Assembly (NCBI GenBank): GCA_965645245.1
Contig: OZ287084.1
Coordinates: forward strand, 744,001-808,000
Direction: 5' to 3'
DNA: 64,000 bases
Source of the DNA: Massalongia carnosa
Lineage: Eukaryota
The position numbers were made by a program, and so were the translations under genes. The notes below the pieces were generated by a model. It did not search any database and was not told where the DNA came from. It was given only the letters and a program-made list of their open reading frames with translations. Position 1 is the first letter of the stretch; each line of letters begins with the position of its first letter. This document shows, in pieces, positions 1 through 14,299 of the stretch.

Positions 1-1238
1 ACTGTGGCGTATCCCGTTGTTGAAACCATTCATGAAGACAGCGTTTGTAAGGTGGTCTATGCACCGGCACGGGGTGTTTCAAAACTGGTAATGCAGGACG
101 CGCAAAACCTTGCTAGGCTTGCCGTTGCGGGATTTTGGGGAAGAGGTGTTTTTGGTGTGGAGATGTTTTTGCTCAAAGATGGTGAGTTCTAGTTGGTATT
201 TTCATGGTCGGTGAATATGCTCATGTCACAGGCAAATTGCTAATCAACGAGATCGCACCGCGGCCCCACAACTCGGGGCACTACACGATCGAAGCATGTC
301 CTATATCTCAGTATGAGGCCCATATCAGAGCAATTCTTAGGTTGCCCATAACCGAGGAAAGCACGCAAATGAGGAGCCCCAACACTTTTGCCGTTATGCT
401 TAATATCCTTGGCGGTGCTCAACCGCATACGCATTTGCGTGCTGCTCAAGAAGCGTTATCGACTAAAGGGGCCAGCATACACATGTATGGTAAAGGAGAT
501 GCCCGACCTGGACGCAAGATGGGCCATGTCACTGTTATCGCAAACTCAATGGAGGAAGCTGAGAACCAAGCCAAACCATTGATAAAAGTCGCCGACCAGA
601 TACGAGAGGAACGGAACACTTTAAAATCATTTTTAATCCCAAAAACAACCACGAGCGTTCCTCTGGTGGCGATTACTATGGGTTCTGACTCCGATCGATT
701 TGTCCTTGCACCCGGCGTTGAGCTCCTGAAGGGGTTAGATATTCCTTACAGTATCACTATCACTTCGGCCCATCGAACGCCTGAAAGAATGTTCCATTTT
801 GCCCAAGAAGCTGCATCACAGGGTGTCAAAGTAATCATCGCCGCTGCTGGTGGCGCAGCTCACCTGCCAGGGATGATAGCTGCAATCACAAGACTTCCGG
901 TCATCGGGGTACCCGTAAAGGGTAGTGTTCTGGATGGCCTTGACAGTTTACTGAGCATAGCTCAGATGCCTGTACGTCAACATGTTTCATCACTCCTAAC
1001 ATGAGACTTTGTGCCATCAATCAGCACTGACATCCCACAGCGAGGATGCCCCGTGGCCACGGTAGCAATTAATAATTCCGTGAACGCGGCCCAGCTTGCG
1101 GTGCGCATATTAGCATTGGATGATGTCCCGATTCGAGAGCGGTTAGTTCAGCATCTGGCGGATCAAACGGCCTCGGTTATTGAGAAAGGTGAGAGGATGG
1201 AGCGTGTGGGCTTCGAAACGTATGGCTCGAAAGAATAG
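1..1238 (+). CDS. ADE2: Phosphoribosylaminoimidazole carboxylase (PurK ATP-grasp + PurE), 5' truncated by the window
   Basis: Motifs GVFGVEMF, LLINEIAPRPHNSGHYT, GRKMGH, MGSDSD, SAHRTP, AGGAAHLPGM, VATVAINNS. Introns 182-231 and 972-1040 (GT..AG) join three ORFs in frame; stop TAG at 1236-1238. Confidence 0.96.
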
Positions 1239-2445
1239 AGAAAAAGGCTTAAGATCCGAGCGTGCAGAATACACCACGTAAACAGGCGCCTTCCCTTACC
1301 GCACCTAGATGTAGAATCTGGGGTAAAGGCCGACGATGGCAGGTTTCTCTTCTTTCTTTCCTTTTTATTTGGCGTGATGACCGAAGAACGCCTACGCCTC
1401 CCACGGCTGATTACATACCTCTAGCCCGCTGCAATGACGTCCTCATCGTCAGCGCGCTGGGTCCTCGAGAATGTTCTTCTTCTTGTGAAGATCTAGACCA
1501 ATCACAGATGGGGTATAGTGATAGAAGGGCAGCGTTCATCGTTTAAACGCAGGGGCATATTGATGTCGGTAAAGCGAGCTACTAGGTTCATGGCTGCACG
1601 AGAGGTACAAAGTATAGAGTACAGATACAAAAAGCATCATGCGCAAATTCAAGTTCTGTTTGAGGATCTCTCTGGTTTCATACGCAACGCTTCGATAGGA
1701 TCGGTAATTTTGTGTAATAGCCCTGGCTAGGCTTTCCCCATTGAGACTTCAGGCTTCGTTGGATAGATTGAAGGGGATCAGCTGTTGAGGAGTGTCAAAT
1801 ACTTGCGCCTTTGCCGTATAAATATACAAAAGCATCTGCGCCACTTTATGCAATGGAGCCGTTTCTTTTGCAGAAATTTGCCCTGAGGTCCCGAAGTAAA
1901 CGCCAACGTACTGTACTCTGCATTTTTGCCCTCTACTTCGAGTCTTTTTTCCAGTGGCGCCGGCGAGGCTCAAATCTTACGGTAAATTTTGAGAGTGCAT
2001 CGATTGCCTATCAACTACCTTATCCCCAACCAAGATTTAGTCCTGCCCGCGTCGTTGATTTTCTCCATCTGACTGAAATCTCCCCTCCTTTTATTGTTCT
2101 CCCATCCAGGTTGCAGTACGATATCTGGGTGCTTTGTGGGTCGTGAAGACTTGTTTACGGAGGATGATTCCAGATCTGGAGTGTACAACGCGGGGAGACG
2201 GTGAAGTTAAGGCATTTCAGTTGTTTGGAGGGCCGTTACCCCATGACCGTGGTCACGGAACATGTCCGAAAAGTAAATCCCTGTCGGCCACCAAAATCAT
2301 CTCCAATCATCCCTCCCCTCAAAATATAAATCTCAACCTTCCCTCCCCCAAAAAATTGCCCTCCAACGGCGGATTTTGGTCTCCTCTCAAGGCAATTCCT
2401 CTCGCATCTTTCTACAAACTACATCGCGTTCCTTCGTTGACCGCC

Positions 2446-5400
2446 ATGTCGGATCCGGGTCAGATCGATACCCACGCAATTGAGTTGCCTCGCAGTCAAC
2501 CAATGTCCAGCCCAGAACCACAAGAACATTTACCGCCAAATGGCATTCATAACAAACTATTGGAGCAAGTTATTCGCACTCCGGATCGTCAGCCTTCTCC
2601 ACAACCAACGCACCTGAGCGTTCCAGGTCCAAGTCAGCATAGAGTTTTACACGAGGAAGATTCCGGCTATGTTGCTCCGAAATTCGAGGGCAAAGAGCTG
2701 CAGATGGATCAGGGTACGTGGGCGCCATAATTTAATGCTCGCCAAGAGCAAACCGGTAAACTAACGTGGAAACTCTTAGTCATGGACCAGATCGAAGAGA
2801 AGGGCTTCATTCCACCAGAGTTCGTCGAATCCGAAACAACTTGGTTCTACAACGAGCTTGGAATTGATGACATGTACTTTCAAACGGAGACCGTTCCAGC
2901 CATTGTAAATCATATTCTTTCCCTCTATGCTGGAAAAGTGGCAGCGTTCGCGCGAGACGATGGCCGGCTGGAGATACGGCTAGACAAAGAAGCTGCCGAT
3001 CATGCGGTGTACATTGACACAAGCACACCAGGCGTCAGCGTAATGGACGGGCCAAGATACGAACAGCGTATTGATGAAAAATACATTGACGGTTCAAAAG
3101 GTAGCAATAGCTATCGAGTGGAAACATTTCGGTCAGGAAGCCACCTCCCTGGCGAAAAGAATCAGCAACTGCGGTGCTACTTTGTCTACAAATGTCTCTT
3201 TGCAAATCCAAACCCGGGTCTAGAGGAGACTAAATTGGATATCATTGGGGAGAAGAGATTCTTACTGAAGGCTACCCAGAACACCAAGGACATCTATCAG
3301 GGAGTCATGGATCACGTTGTCCTACGCACAGGTCCTGTTATCGAGGTGTTTGAGATAAGGGGGAGTCGGGAGAAGCGCCTCGTCATTGCGTATAGACAGG
3401 GCTCGGCAATGGGGATGTTCAGCGCTCTGTCAGATCTGTACCATTACTACGGTTGCACAAGCTCAAGGAAGTATGTGGAACAATTCTCGAACGGCATTAC
3501 AATAATGTCTATCTATCTCCGGCCCCTTCCGCAAACTGCACCAACTTCAAGGCATCCTCCCATCGAGGCGGCGATCCATCAGATCATGAAAGAAGTGTCT
3601 CTGCTTTACTGCATACCGCAGAATAAATTTCAGGGGCACTTTGCCAGCGGACGACTAAGCTTGCAGGAAACAATTTACGCACATTGTGTATGGGTATTTG
3701 TCGGGCATTTTCTCAATCGTCTGGGCTCTGAATACGCATCTCTGGCGTCTCTGTTAGATGCCAACAACAGCGTGCATGTAGAGATGCTGTCGAAAATCAA
3801 GCGCAGGCTCCGGACTGAGACGTTTACCTCGGACTATATCCTCGAGATCATTAACAAGTACCCCGATCTCGTTCGGTCGTTATACCTAGCGTTTGCCAAT
3901 ACCCATTACGTTCAGACCAGGGGTGAACAGGACGACTTCATCCCAACCCTGAGCTATCTGCGCATTACGGTCGATCCAGTCCTTGATGATGTGGAACTAA
4001 AATCGTTAATCTCCAAGACGGTCGCGAACGAGCATGACGAGATGGTTATGACAGCATTCAGAGTCTTCAACGCTGCCGTGCTAAAGACTAATTTTTATAC
4101 CCCAACAAAAGTTGCCCTAAGTTTTAGGCTAAATCCTAATTTCCTGCCTGAGGTTGAGTATCCTCAGCCTCTTTTTGGCATGTTTCTTGTAATAAGCTCT
4201 GAATTTCGAGGCTTCCATCTCCGCTTTCGCGACATCGCACGAGGCGGAATTCGTATTGTAAAATCCCGAAACCGTGAGGCATACTCAATAAACGCTCGGT
4301 CGCTTTTCGATGAAAACTACAATCTTGCAAACACCCAGCAACGGAAGAACAAAGACATCCCCGAAGGCGGCTCCAAAGGCGTGATCCTCCTCGATGTTCA
4401 CCACCAGGACAAGGTTAGAGTAGCCTTTGAGAAATACATTGACAGCATCATGGATCTTCTGTTACCGCCAACAAGTCCTGGAATTAAGGATCCCATTGTC
4501 GACCTTCATGGTCAGCAAGAAATATTATTCATGGGTCCCGACGAAAACACCGCCGATTTGGTTAACTGGGCAACGGAGCATGCCAGGAAGAGAGGAGCGC
4601 CATGGTGGAAGTCCTTCTTTACTGGCAAGAGCCCTAAGCTCGGCGGGATTCCGCACGACGCGTATGGCATGACCACCCTGTCGGTGCGGGAATACATCTT
4701 AGGTATCTATCGGAAACTTAACTTGAACCCCGAAACTGTCCGAAAGCTGCAGACTGGTGGCCCGGACGGTGATTTGGGTTCAAATGAGATCCTTCTTGGT
4801 AACGAGAAGTACGCAGCGATTGTTGATGGTGCTGGCGTACTCGTTGATCCACATGGCATCGATCGTGACGAGCTGGTAAGACTAGCGAAGAAACGGTCAA
4901 TGATCTCGGAATTCGAAACGTCTAAGCTTTCCCCTGACGGTTATCGCGTTTTGATCGACGAAACAAATATTACTCTTCCAAGTGGCGAGGTTATCAGCAA
5001 TGGTATGATGTTCCGCAACACGTTTCATCTCCGTGGTGGAAGGCAATTCGATATTTTTGTTCCTTGTGGAGGCAGACCGGAGTCCATCGACCTAAGCACC
5101 GTGCACAAGCTCATCGTCGATGGAAAGAGCACAATACCGTATATTGTTGAAGGCGCCAACCTCTTCATAACGCAGGACGCAAAGCTACGGCTGGAGAAAG
5201 CTGGCTGTATATTATACAAGGATGCATCTGCGAACAAAGGTGGAGTCACATCATCATCATTAGAGGTTCTCGCATCACTGTCCTTTGATGATCAGGGTTT
5301 TGTCGAGAATATGTGCATACGGGAAGATGGCACGGCCCCTCCCTTTTACGATGCTTATGTCAAAGAGGTCCAGGAAACAATCAAACGAAATGCATCCTTA

Positions 5401-5924
5401 GAGTTTGAAGCCATATGGCGAGAACATCAACAGGCTGGCATTGCTCGGAGTACTCTCAGTGATACCTTGAGTATCGCTATTACGAAGCTTGACGAGGAAT
5501 TGCAGAAGACGGAGCTGTGGAGAAACACCGAACTGAGAAAGTCAGTATTGGAAGATGCATTGCCGCAGCTACTCTTGAAGAAGATAGGTCTAGATACGAT
5601 TATTGAGCGTGTAGGTTCTCCTTAATTGGGGGGGTTTTTTGGAGCAGATCTTTTATTTGCACCTTGCGGGTTGATTGCTGTAGCTAATTATCACGCAGGT
5701 TCCCGACAACTATCTCCGGGCAATTTTTGGTAGCTACCTAGCTAGTCGGTTCGTCTACGAGCATGGCAGCAATCCAAGTCAATTCGCCTTCTTCGATTTG
5801 TAAGCATCCCTTCATCCTTTTACAACTTCATCATAAGCTAATACCCTAACCTAGCATGTCAAAGCGAATGGCGCGCCTTCAAGAACCCGACTCCTCCCCA
5901 CCTCCATGCACAAATGGAGTTTGA
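2446..5924 (+). CDS. GDH2: NAD-specific glutamate dehydrogenase (large fungal type)
   Basis: Motifs RQPSPQP, FRGFHLRFRDIARGGIR, KNKDIPEGGSKG, GPDENTA, TGGPDGDLGSNE, VEGANLF, DASANKGGVTSSSLE. Exons approx. 2446-2713, 2780-5610, 5699-5799, 5855-5924. Confidence 0.96.
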
Positions 5925-7086
5925 AGTTCCCACAAGGACTTGAGCGGGTTTTTTCTTTCGGTAGATGACATATGCATCTTCTTTCCCATTTCCAACAAGT
6001 TTCCTCATGTACCACCATGGAGCTCATATTTTCCAAGGGAGGCCGATCTGCATGAAAAATACCCGGGCCAATTATCCTTTCTTTTAGACAAAAATGGGCG
6101 ATCTTGGAAGGGTGTGTAGGTGCGTTTGGGGGGGGATTTGCTATAGAAGGAGAAAATGTAGCATTTTTGGGTAGCAAAGGCGGGGCGGAGCATACAAAGG
6201 TGGCGGGAAATTTCACACAAATCTCTGCCGGCAATGTAACTAGCATGCATGCATGGGCCATCTTAGTTAGAGCTTTCTTCGTTTTGCTTGCCGGTCGATC
6301 ATTGAACTCCCGGTAACGTTTGCTCGTATGTCATGTGCTTGCTTGTTCGTTTCCGAACTCCCTTCCGTTTCCCTCCCTCTTTCCCAGCTACCTAACCCCT
6401 CTCTCCCTTTCCGCTTAGCTAGTCCACACAAAATACATTGATCAGCGCATAGAATTTCCCGCCTGTCCACCCATGCCATGCCATGCCATCCTCAAACTCC
6501 CCCGTCCGTCCGTCCGTCCGACCGATTTCGCCGATCCAATCTACCTACTCCTTCCCGTTCGCTCTGACCAAGAGAAGGAGGAGAACGAAACAAAACGAAG
6601 AATGTGAGCGGATGCAAGAATGGATAGATAGATACATAGGTACAGAAAAGCCCTACCTACCTACGCACCTATATCGCCGAGCAGGAAATAGGGCCCCAAC
6701 AGGCTCGCGACAAGCCCAACGTTACGCTTCCCTTCCCTAGCCCTTTCCCTTCCGCACCGTACCGTACCGTATCGCCCGGCTAAGATGGAAAAGGAAAACT
6801 GCTCTGGCTGCAAGATGCCAGTCATAATTATTTTTTTTTAAAAAAAAATTAAAAAATTAAAAAATAAAGAAATTTCTCAACCCTAAGAGGGGAAACGCCA
6901 CCTAACTGCCCTAACCAGCCCGTCCGTTTCATCGCGCCAGGATCTCGCAAAACGCCACGGCCGCATCCAAGAGGGGGTTTAAAGGGAAAAAAACGCCCTC
7001 CTTCGCTTAATTCATATCCGGGGGGGAAAGCTTCTCACAGTAAAAGCTCTTCGAAAGGGAAGAGGGAAGAAAACAAGTCGCGCCAT

Positions 7087-10000
7087 TTACGCGCGCCCGC
7101 GCCTTCGAAGCCCATGCTCCTGGGCCTGCAACTCCTTGATCAACTTTAAGCTCTCCTCATCCGCCCCATCCACCTCAAGACTGCACTCCTCCACCTTTCC
7201 CTCATCCTCCACACGAGGGACTTGCTGTTTCAACACAGCAGCGACAGACACACCGCTCTTGCTGTTGCCCAGAATAACGGTAATGTTAGCCCCAGCCGCA
7301 GCCTCGCCTGTGGAACTAGTGCTTGCCCTGCGCGCAGGTCCGGACTCAGGGGTATACCGCTGCACTTGCTTCGGGTGGCGGGAGGAGTGTCGCGAGGAAG
7401 AGGTTGAGGGCGTAAGGTTTGGGTGGTGGGAGCCAGGGGCAGGAGGAGCGGAAACGGTGGTGGTTGGGGTAGGGTTTTCGGCATCGTCATGGGAGGAGGC
7501 GGGCGGGGATACGAGGGAGGAAGCAGCGGCGGGATGGTCGAAACTTTCGGTGCGTTGCTCGAGGAATGGAGGTAAGACATCGATCACTAACGAGGGAGTA
7601 GGCTTTGGGTCTGTGGAGGGGGGTGGAGGGTCCGAGATAACTTGGACTTCCTCTTCGGAGGATTCTTGGCGCCGGTGGGTTCCTTGGTGGATTGGGTTCG
7701 AAACTTGACTGGATGATGATCTTTGATGTTTCCCCTCTTCTTCAACACCGCTGGCTGACGTCTGATTATGGCTTGGCTCGTGGGAAGGAGAGGAATAAGT
7801 CATGTGCTGCGGGTCTTCCGAGGGGTTTGGTTTGTTGGACAGTTGGCCATCCATAAATGCAACAGGTGCCCCTTGAGGTATTTCGCCCTTCAGACGATAT
7901 GTACTGGGTGATGATCCCGATGGATCGAGGGTTTGATCGAGAGACCTTGATATTGAGGAAGTTTGTGGCTTCTTGACTAATGGAGCATCTTCGCTTCCGC
8001 CGTTAGGTTTCCGGCGTTTGTGGGTGGCGGCGGGCCTGGGTACGGCGGCTTCACGAGCTTTGACTGGATCCTCTTTGCCATTCTCGTCGTGGATGCAACG
8101 ACGCTGACCATATTGTTAGCATCCTGCGATTGAGTGGATTGAGAAATGTTACAAACCTTGCTTTTGCGGCAATCGTTGCAAGCTTTACTTCTTCCCCGGC
8201 TCTGCAATGCGTTCCCTAGAACGGTCTCGAAGCCTTTACTTACCATACTTTGCGTTTTATTCTCAATACTTGGTGCTATTAGTTCGGATACTAAGGCTCT
8301 TTCCCTTACTGAAACTCCCACTATGACTGATGAAGGCTCATTGTCTGGGTATAGCGCCCTCTGGGTTTGGTTCCGCACAAGTTCTGCTTTATCAGGGAGG
8401 GTTACCGAAAGCAAGTATTGAGAGCCTCTGGCGCCAGACCCGTTTGGTGACCTTTGTATGCCACTAGGGATAGGAGGGTATATATCTCCACCGGTTGTAA
8501 GGTCAGTAGATATTGGCTTCGAAGGGTCTATCGCAGTCCCCTCATGTAGCCCTAAGCCATCGATAGGCGTGTCACCCCCATTTATAGAGCCTTGAGCGCC
8601 TGAAAGTGGAACGCTTGCCTGCCCTCTATGCTTACATGCTCGCCTTCTTTTTCTGCATACATCACAAGCTGGCTTTCGATGAGAGCCATTCCCAGTTCTT
8701 GAACCTTTCTTACGCTTCGATGAATGATCTAAAAGCGCCCCGTCCAACACTTCAGGCAAGCTGCGATCCGCGAATTTCCTTTTCGCTAGAGTTGTCAACA
8801 CGATGGCGGTGGGCGTCGTTGGATTGGGTGGCTTTGCAGGTTGCATAGTTCTTTCATTCGAACCTTCGAGTGTATTGCTCAGTTCTTCAGATTCGCTTCG
8901 GCGAACCTCGGTAGATGGCATTTGTAGCTGTGACTGCATACGAGCCGAATGTCGTCGGGGTGCTTGTAAAGCAGCATCTTGATGAAGTTTCTTCAAGGTT
9001 GCCGCACTAAGTTTTCCAACCGAATCAGAGGCGCTACCTTCAGGAATAGCATTAGGATACGCCCAGTCTGGTATTTTTTCATTCCCACGTTTCCAAGCAC
9101 ACCACATAGCAAACTCCTTCACCACATCGAGTGGTTCCCCATGTCCTCGAGGTATGGCCCTTTTCACAGCATTGCGTGATTCTGTGGTAATTCCTTCCGT
9201 GATGCTACCAATGTCGATCAACGCTGTTCTCAGCAGATAGCGTGTCAAATCAGGTAGCCCTTCAAGTTCTGCTTGAGCATAGTACCTGGCGTGGTAGTTT
9301 TCCGATCCAGACTTGGACTTCTCTCCCCACGCCTCAAAATCGTAGTGAGCAGGTCGTTCGCGATAGAAAGTACCACCATCTTGAATCAGCTCCTTAACAC
9401 TATCAGGCAGAGGGTCTTCTTCAAGATATCGCAACGCCGTATACCAATGGAGTTTCTGGAAATGCGGGTATCTGAACTTCCTGGCTACGCCTGTGGCTTT
9501 TTCAATCTGAGCAATCCGAAACTGCATACCGTAGTGCATGCGTGAGAGAAAATTGCCCCCGATGACAAGGCTATCCTCAGGAGTCCAGACTGCATGAATC
9601 CAGCCGGCGGGAATGAGCATTGTATCACCCTCTGAAAGATCTACCCGATAACATTCTTTAGTTTGGTCTGCCAGGAAAGTCCAGTTCTGCGCCGGCGACA
9701 TGCACCACTCCTCGTACTTTTTCAGATGTTTCTCCTTAGGCGGTATGAAGAGGAAAGTCTTCTTGCCCTTCAAAATATGATAGAAGACAGAGGAGCCCCC
9801 AAAATCAATATGAAAGTCGGTGAAGCAGTCAGCCACAGACATCAAACAGTACAGTTGGACTCGAGGATATTCTCCTCTTTGTTGCAGTTCTTGGGGCCAC
9901 ACCGCGTCCTGAAGGTCAAGGTCTCGTACAAGTTGTGGCCGTCGAATCAGGCGCCCAAGTTTACTTTGGGAAACCTCTAGACTGATTACATTCCGCACAG

Positions 10001-11999
10001 CTTTGTTGTCGCTACTCTCATAGTAATCCGCCCACCGACGCATGTTCCACTTCTTGCCCTCCCCATTCTGTGATTTTACGTCTATCACTTCCACCTTCTC
10101 TTCTGGACCGTAAAGCTCTGCAACCTTCCTCACCGTTAAGTTTTGAGGCATGACCATATCCAACGCATCCTGTCCATGATCTGGTACTCTTTGAAGCCCA
10201 GCATCACGTGAAAACCATTCTTCTACCACGGAAGGAACTTGGATGATATCGAGTTCATGAGGTTCATCTGAGGCAACATAGCCCTCGTCCGCAGTGCCAG
10301 CGGCTGGAGGGCGAGGGTTGAGGAAGGCTGGAATGACAACCGGTTCTTTCATACCATTTCCCTTCTCAAAGAAGTCTGCTGTGACCAGCTCTGGGCGCAT
10401 TCGGGCAAAGGTCTCAGGCCAAAAAGTGATAACGCCATCCTTGATCGGTTTAATGTAGTGATGCTCAAGCCTTTCGTCGGAAGTCTTAATCACTCCTTCA
10501 TTTAAACCAGCATAGTCGATGGCACTATGCGCTCGAGAGGATTTCCTGACGTATGTAGTACTTCCATGTACAGACTTACATTTCCGACATCTATATTTAT
10601 CAACACTTCGTACTTCTCGTTCGCTCTTGAAGCCTGCGCAGGCGAAATGAAACCAAGACTTGCATCCATCGCAGCTAATCCAAGAGGTCGAGCTATTTTC
10701 AATATCCACATTAGACGAGTTCCGAGAGAAGTGACATGCGGCACAAGTAGATGGATTTGTAGCCGAACGAGTTTGTGGTTCTGCTGCCTTGGAGTCACCA
10801 TCGGAGGGCAGGGTCGGTGTTGGGCCTTGAATAGGTATACTGACTTCTGAATCGACTAGCGTTCCGGTTTTGGAGAGATCGGATATAGACTCCGATGCGG
10901 CCTTAACTTCTTTTGGCGTGCTTTCTTGTGGCTGTGGCTGAGTTCCTGCGCTATCTAAACCCGGCGCTTGGTCTTCACTGTGGGAAGAATTTGCACACGC
11001 AGCCTGTGTATCCTCGTCGTTCGAAGAGCCCGCCAGCGAAGCTACTATGTAGTTTTCCGCTTGGTTATTGGCCAAAGGGTCCATCTCTAGCCCATCAGGA
11101 GATGTACTTTTATCAGGTTCCCCCTCGACTTTACTATTCCCTAGCATATGAACTGGGTTGGTGCTGGCTACCATATAATTTTTATCGGCATCTTCAGTGT
11201 GCACAAAGGTATTGGCTTGTACCATGTCGTGTTCCCTCCCTTGCTCAGGAACTATCTCCAGGGCTTTAGAAATAGTCCCGATCATATCGTCCCGTATATC
11301 TTGCTCAAAATTTTCCTTCATACGAAGAGCTGTATCTTGGGATTTCTCTTTATCATGGTGATCACCTAGAGCTGAAGAGAGTGGTATAGGAAGGTCGGGG
11401 GCACACCGTGGCAACCCAAGGGTTCCTTGCGTAGCATCAAGATCGACTTGGCTTTGAAATATCTGTGTAGAAGAGAACCTTGCTTTTTGACAAAAATTTA
11501 GTAGAAGCTCCGCCTCGAATGTTCTGCTGTCGGATGATTGCTCATAGCTTGTGGCAGGCCTCGTCCCTGTGCTACCCCCTTCTCGAGGCCATTCGGGTGA
11601 TTGTAATTTCTCAGATCTGGCGCGCTTAGAAGGCCGCTCCACTTCGTATATCATATTTCTGAAAGTTGGTTCACTGGACGGATGGACAAAGGATGGATGG
11701 GATTGGGTGGCACTTGCTCCATCGGCAGCCAAAGCAATGGTCGCAAATGCATCCATTGGCCCTTGTAGTCCTTCCTTGTACTTATACGTATCTTCGCCAT
11801 GTTCTGATTGTACGTAAAGAGGATGTTTGAATCCAAATTTCGACTCCGCCTGGATAGACCATTGCGCGGGCGGGATTTCGATGGCGCCATCGTCGGCAGC
11901 GGAAGGGGAAATGGGCTCAAACGCAAAGCGCGGTGGAGAAGGTGTGCGATATCCCAAGGGAGGAGGCCCTAAGTCTTTCCTGAATGAGTTTGAAGGCAT
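7087..11999 (-). CDS. JHD1: PHD + JmjC histone demethylase (KDM2/Jhd1 type)
   Basis: PHD finger (CAAC...WISCDGCKSWFHFAC...CRKC) and JmjC motifs FTDFHIDFGGSSVFYH and IPAGWIHAV. Intron 8104-8156 joins the 1361-aa ORF to the 7087-7854 ORF frame (KSK|RRCIHDENG). Start taken at the ATG of MPSNSFRK. Confidence 0.92.
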
Positions 12000-13305
12000 G
12001 GCTAGGTTTGTTGACTGAGGCGACCGCGCGCGGCGCGGGGAGATCGGCACCTCGTTCAGCAAGGTTTGCTAGGAAGGGCTAGATGATTCCGCAGTGTCAA
12101 GGTGTGTGCATATTTGATCCTAGAGGTAATTTCAGAAGATACTACATCTCAAGGTCAAAGAACTTGGACAATGGGTAAGTGGTGATTTGATGCGGCGAGA
12201 TGGAGTATGAGGGGGTTGATCACAAGAATGGCGCTAGTGTGAGGACACTAGCGCCAATTCACACTCGACGTATTTGTTGGATGCAACTGCTCATACATCC
12301 TTTATTTTCCCCTCTGCTTCATTCTATCTTATGGCAATGCACATGTTAGTGGTAATGCCATGTCTCTGCATGGCTGTTGATGGTGCCCTCTTTATTGTTC
12401 CCATGGATGTCTCCGCCTCAGGGAGCCTCATCAAATTCTCTTTCCCCTTAGGCACAAATCCAAGCTAACCCGTGGATCGAACATGCAGATCCAAATTAAA
12501 GATCATATCAGAATTTCTTTGTACCCACATGGCCATATCTCATGTTCTGGGGCTTTTTCCAAACGGGATGGCTTGTATGACTGCATAGGCTCCCACTCTC
12601 CGGCTCAGCTGCTGAGAAGATTCTCAAGTATATCCCTCCTTCATATCGTTCTGGCAGAATAAAGTGTCTGATGGAAGTTTGTGTGGTAGGAATCCACTGC
12701 ATGACATCATGCTACGAAGACACGAAAAGTGCCTATGGTTGGGGCTGGGCTGCGGTTGTTCATGGGGGCATGCTGTCAGGTAGTTTCCGTGTTGAACAAT
12801 ATAATCACGGAACGGGAATGGTTGGGGATGTATTTTAGAAGTGAGTTATACTGAGGCTGGAAAAATAAATCCACCGACCAAGCGGAACGGAGAAAGGAGC
12901 AGTCGTGCAACGGCCGCGAAAGCTGAGTCCTTGACCTACGAAACTTGACATGCTGTTTTTCATATACATAAGCTTACGCAAGAAGCTTCAGCTTATGCCT
13001 TTATGGGCTTTAAAGGGTCCGGGAAAATGTGTCATTGTTCATTATGTCTCATCTTCTTCAGCCCCATCACACATAGTAAGACATCTTCGGGCAGAGTACG
13101 ATCAAGGCTTCACTGCTCGTCTATCTAACGCAACCTGTATCTTTGGCTATATTGGAGCCAATCAACCATCAAGCCCTCGGTTTATCTCTTCAAATGCGGC
13201 CTTCCTAGCGTGCAAAAGTATTCAGCCCTTCATGCCTCCTGATATCTACCCCTTCCTCCATGCATAATGAACCGGTTCATGATCGTACTGAAACGCTACG
13301 CATTT

Positions 13306-14299
13306 TTATAACCAACACCACAAGCTTACCAAGCCAACGAAAAATATAGTACCTGCAGACACTAACGTACGGCTGGCAGCACCCTTTGGTTTGTTTCCAG
13401 TTTTTACGCCGCCGAGATACCAGCTACCAATGTCCGTGAGCTTCCCGCTCTGGGTAAGCATGGCGGAGCAGGGCCCAACATTGGAAACGTCACTGCGGAA
13501 GGACCCGAAATAGGAGTAATGTGTAACGTAACTACCACCAGTTTTAGCATCCCAAATCAAACGACTCCGCAGGAGCAGAGTATTTGGGATCATACTCAAC
13601 ACGATCAAGAAATTGCGAACTGGCATTATAAAAAACCTGCGACTCGCTGAGTGAAACATCGTTGTTCGCATACTCGGTGACCCAGACGGTCACGTTCGGA
13701 TATGCCCCTTTGATTTCCCCAATATGGCTTGCAAATCCCTCAAAGTTACCGTACCAATGCACTGGAATGAAGTCGATGCTGCATCTTCCATTGCATGCGG
13801 AGAAAAAGTTTTGTAGCCATGCAAATCCCGTCGGAGCTCCCGTAACGGCAGGAGCACCCAGTTTCACACCTAGCTTCTTCAAGGGTTCAATTTCACGGAT
13901 CCAGGTTTCGGCTGCGAGATCGACAGGGACATTACTTCCCCCGTTATCCCGACCATCAGGCTCGTTAAAGCCCAGGACATATTTGATATCTGCACCTTCT
14001 TTTATCTGCGATCGCACGGCGTCGAGGAAAGGCGTAGCTGTTTTCGAGTCGGTATCTGAGGCTCCGAAGAGCATGGGCACGAACTGAAGCTTAGTGGAGT
14101 TAGAGTAGGCTGGGGAGGGCGCAGCTTGGTAGTTGTAGTACCATGTAAGATCGGAGGTGGGGGAGTCCCAGATGCTGTCATCGGAAGGATGCTTGTCGGA
14201 TGGTATGTAGACGAGTCCACGTTTTGATGATGTAGATGCGCCTTGACCGTACGCAGTGGATAGGATGGCGAAGAGTTGGAAAACGCAGATTGAACGCAT
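13306..14299 (-). CDS. Secreted, probably GPI-anchored glycoside hydrolase (GH128 / Asl1-like beta-1,3-glucanase)
   Basis: N-terminal signal peptide, KRGL, WYYNY, FVPML, LGFNEPD, HWYG, VWVTE motifs. Intron 13532-13595 leads to YVTHYSYFG and a hydrophobic C-terminus. Confidence 0.85.

Noticed and set aside
2134..2445. Upstream extension of the GDH2 first-exon ORF
   Set aside because: It starts at a non-ATG codon and has promoter/UTR-like composition; the ATG at 2446 has good context.
7136..7708. 190-aa + strand ORF and other long antisense ORFs over JHD1, DPB2, MPE1 and yippee
   Set aside because: They are shadow frames of GC-rich coding exons with no recognisable motifs.
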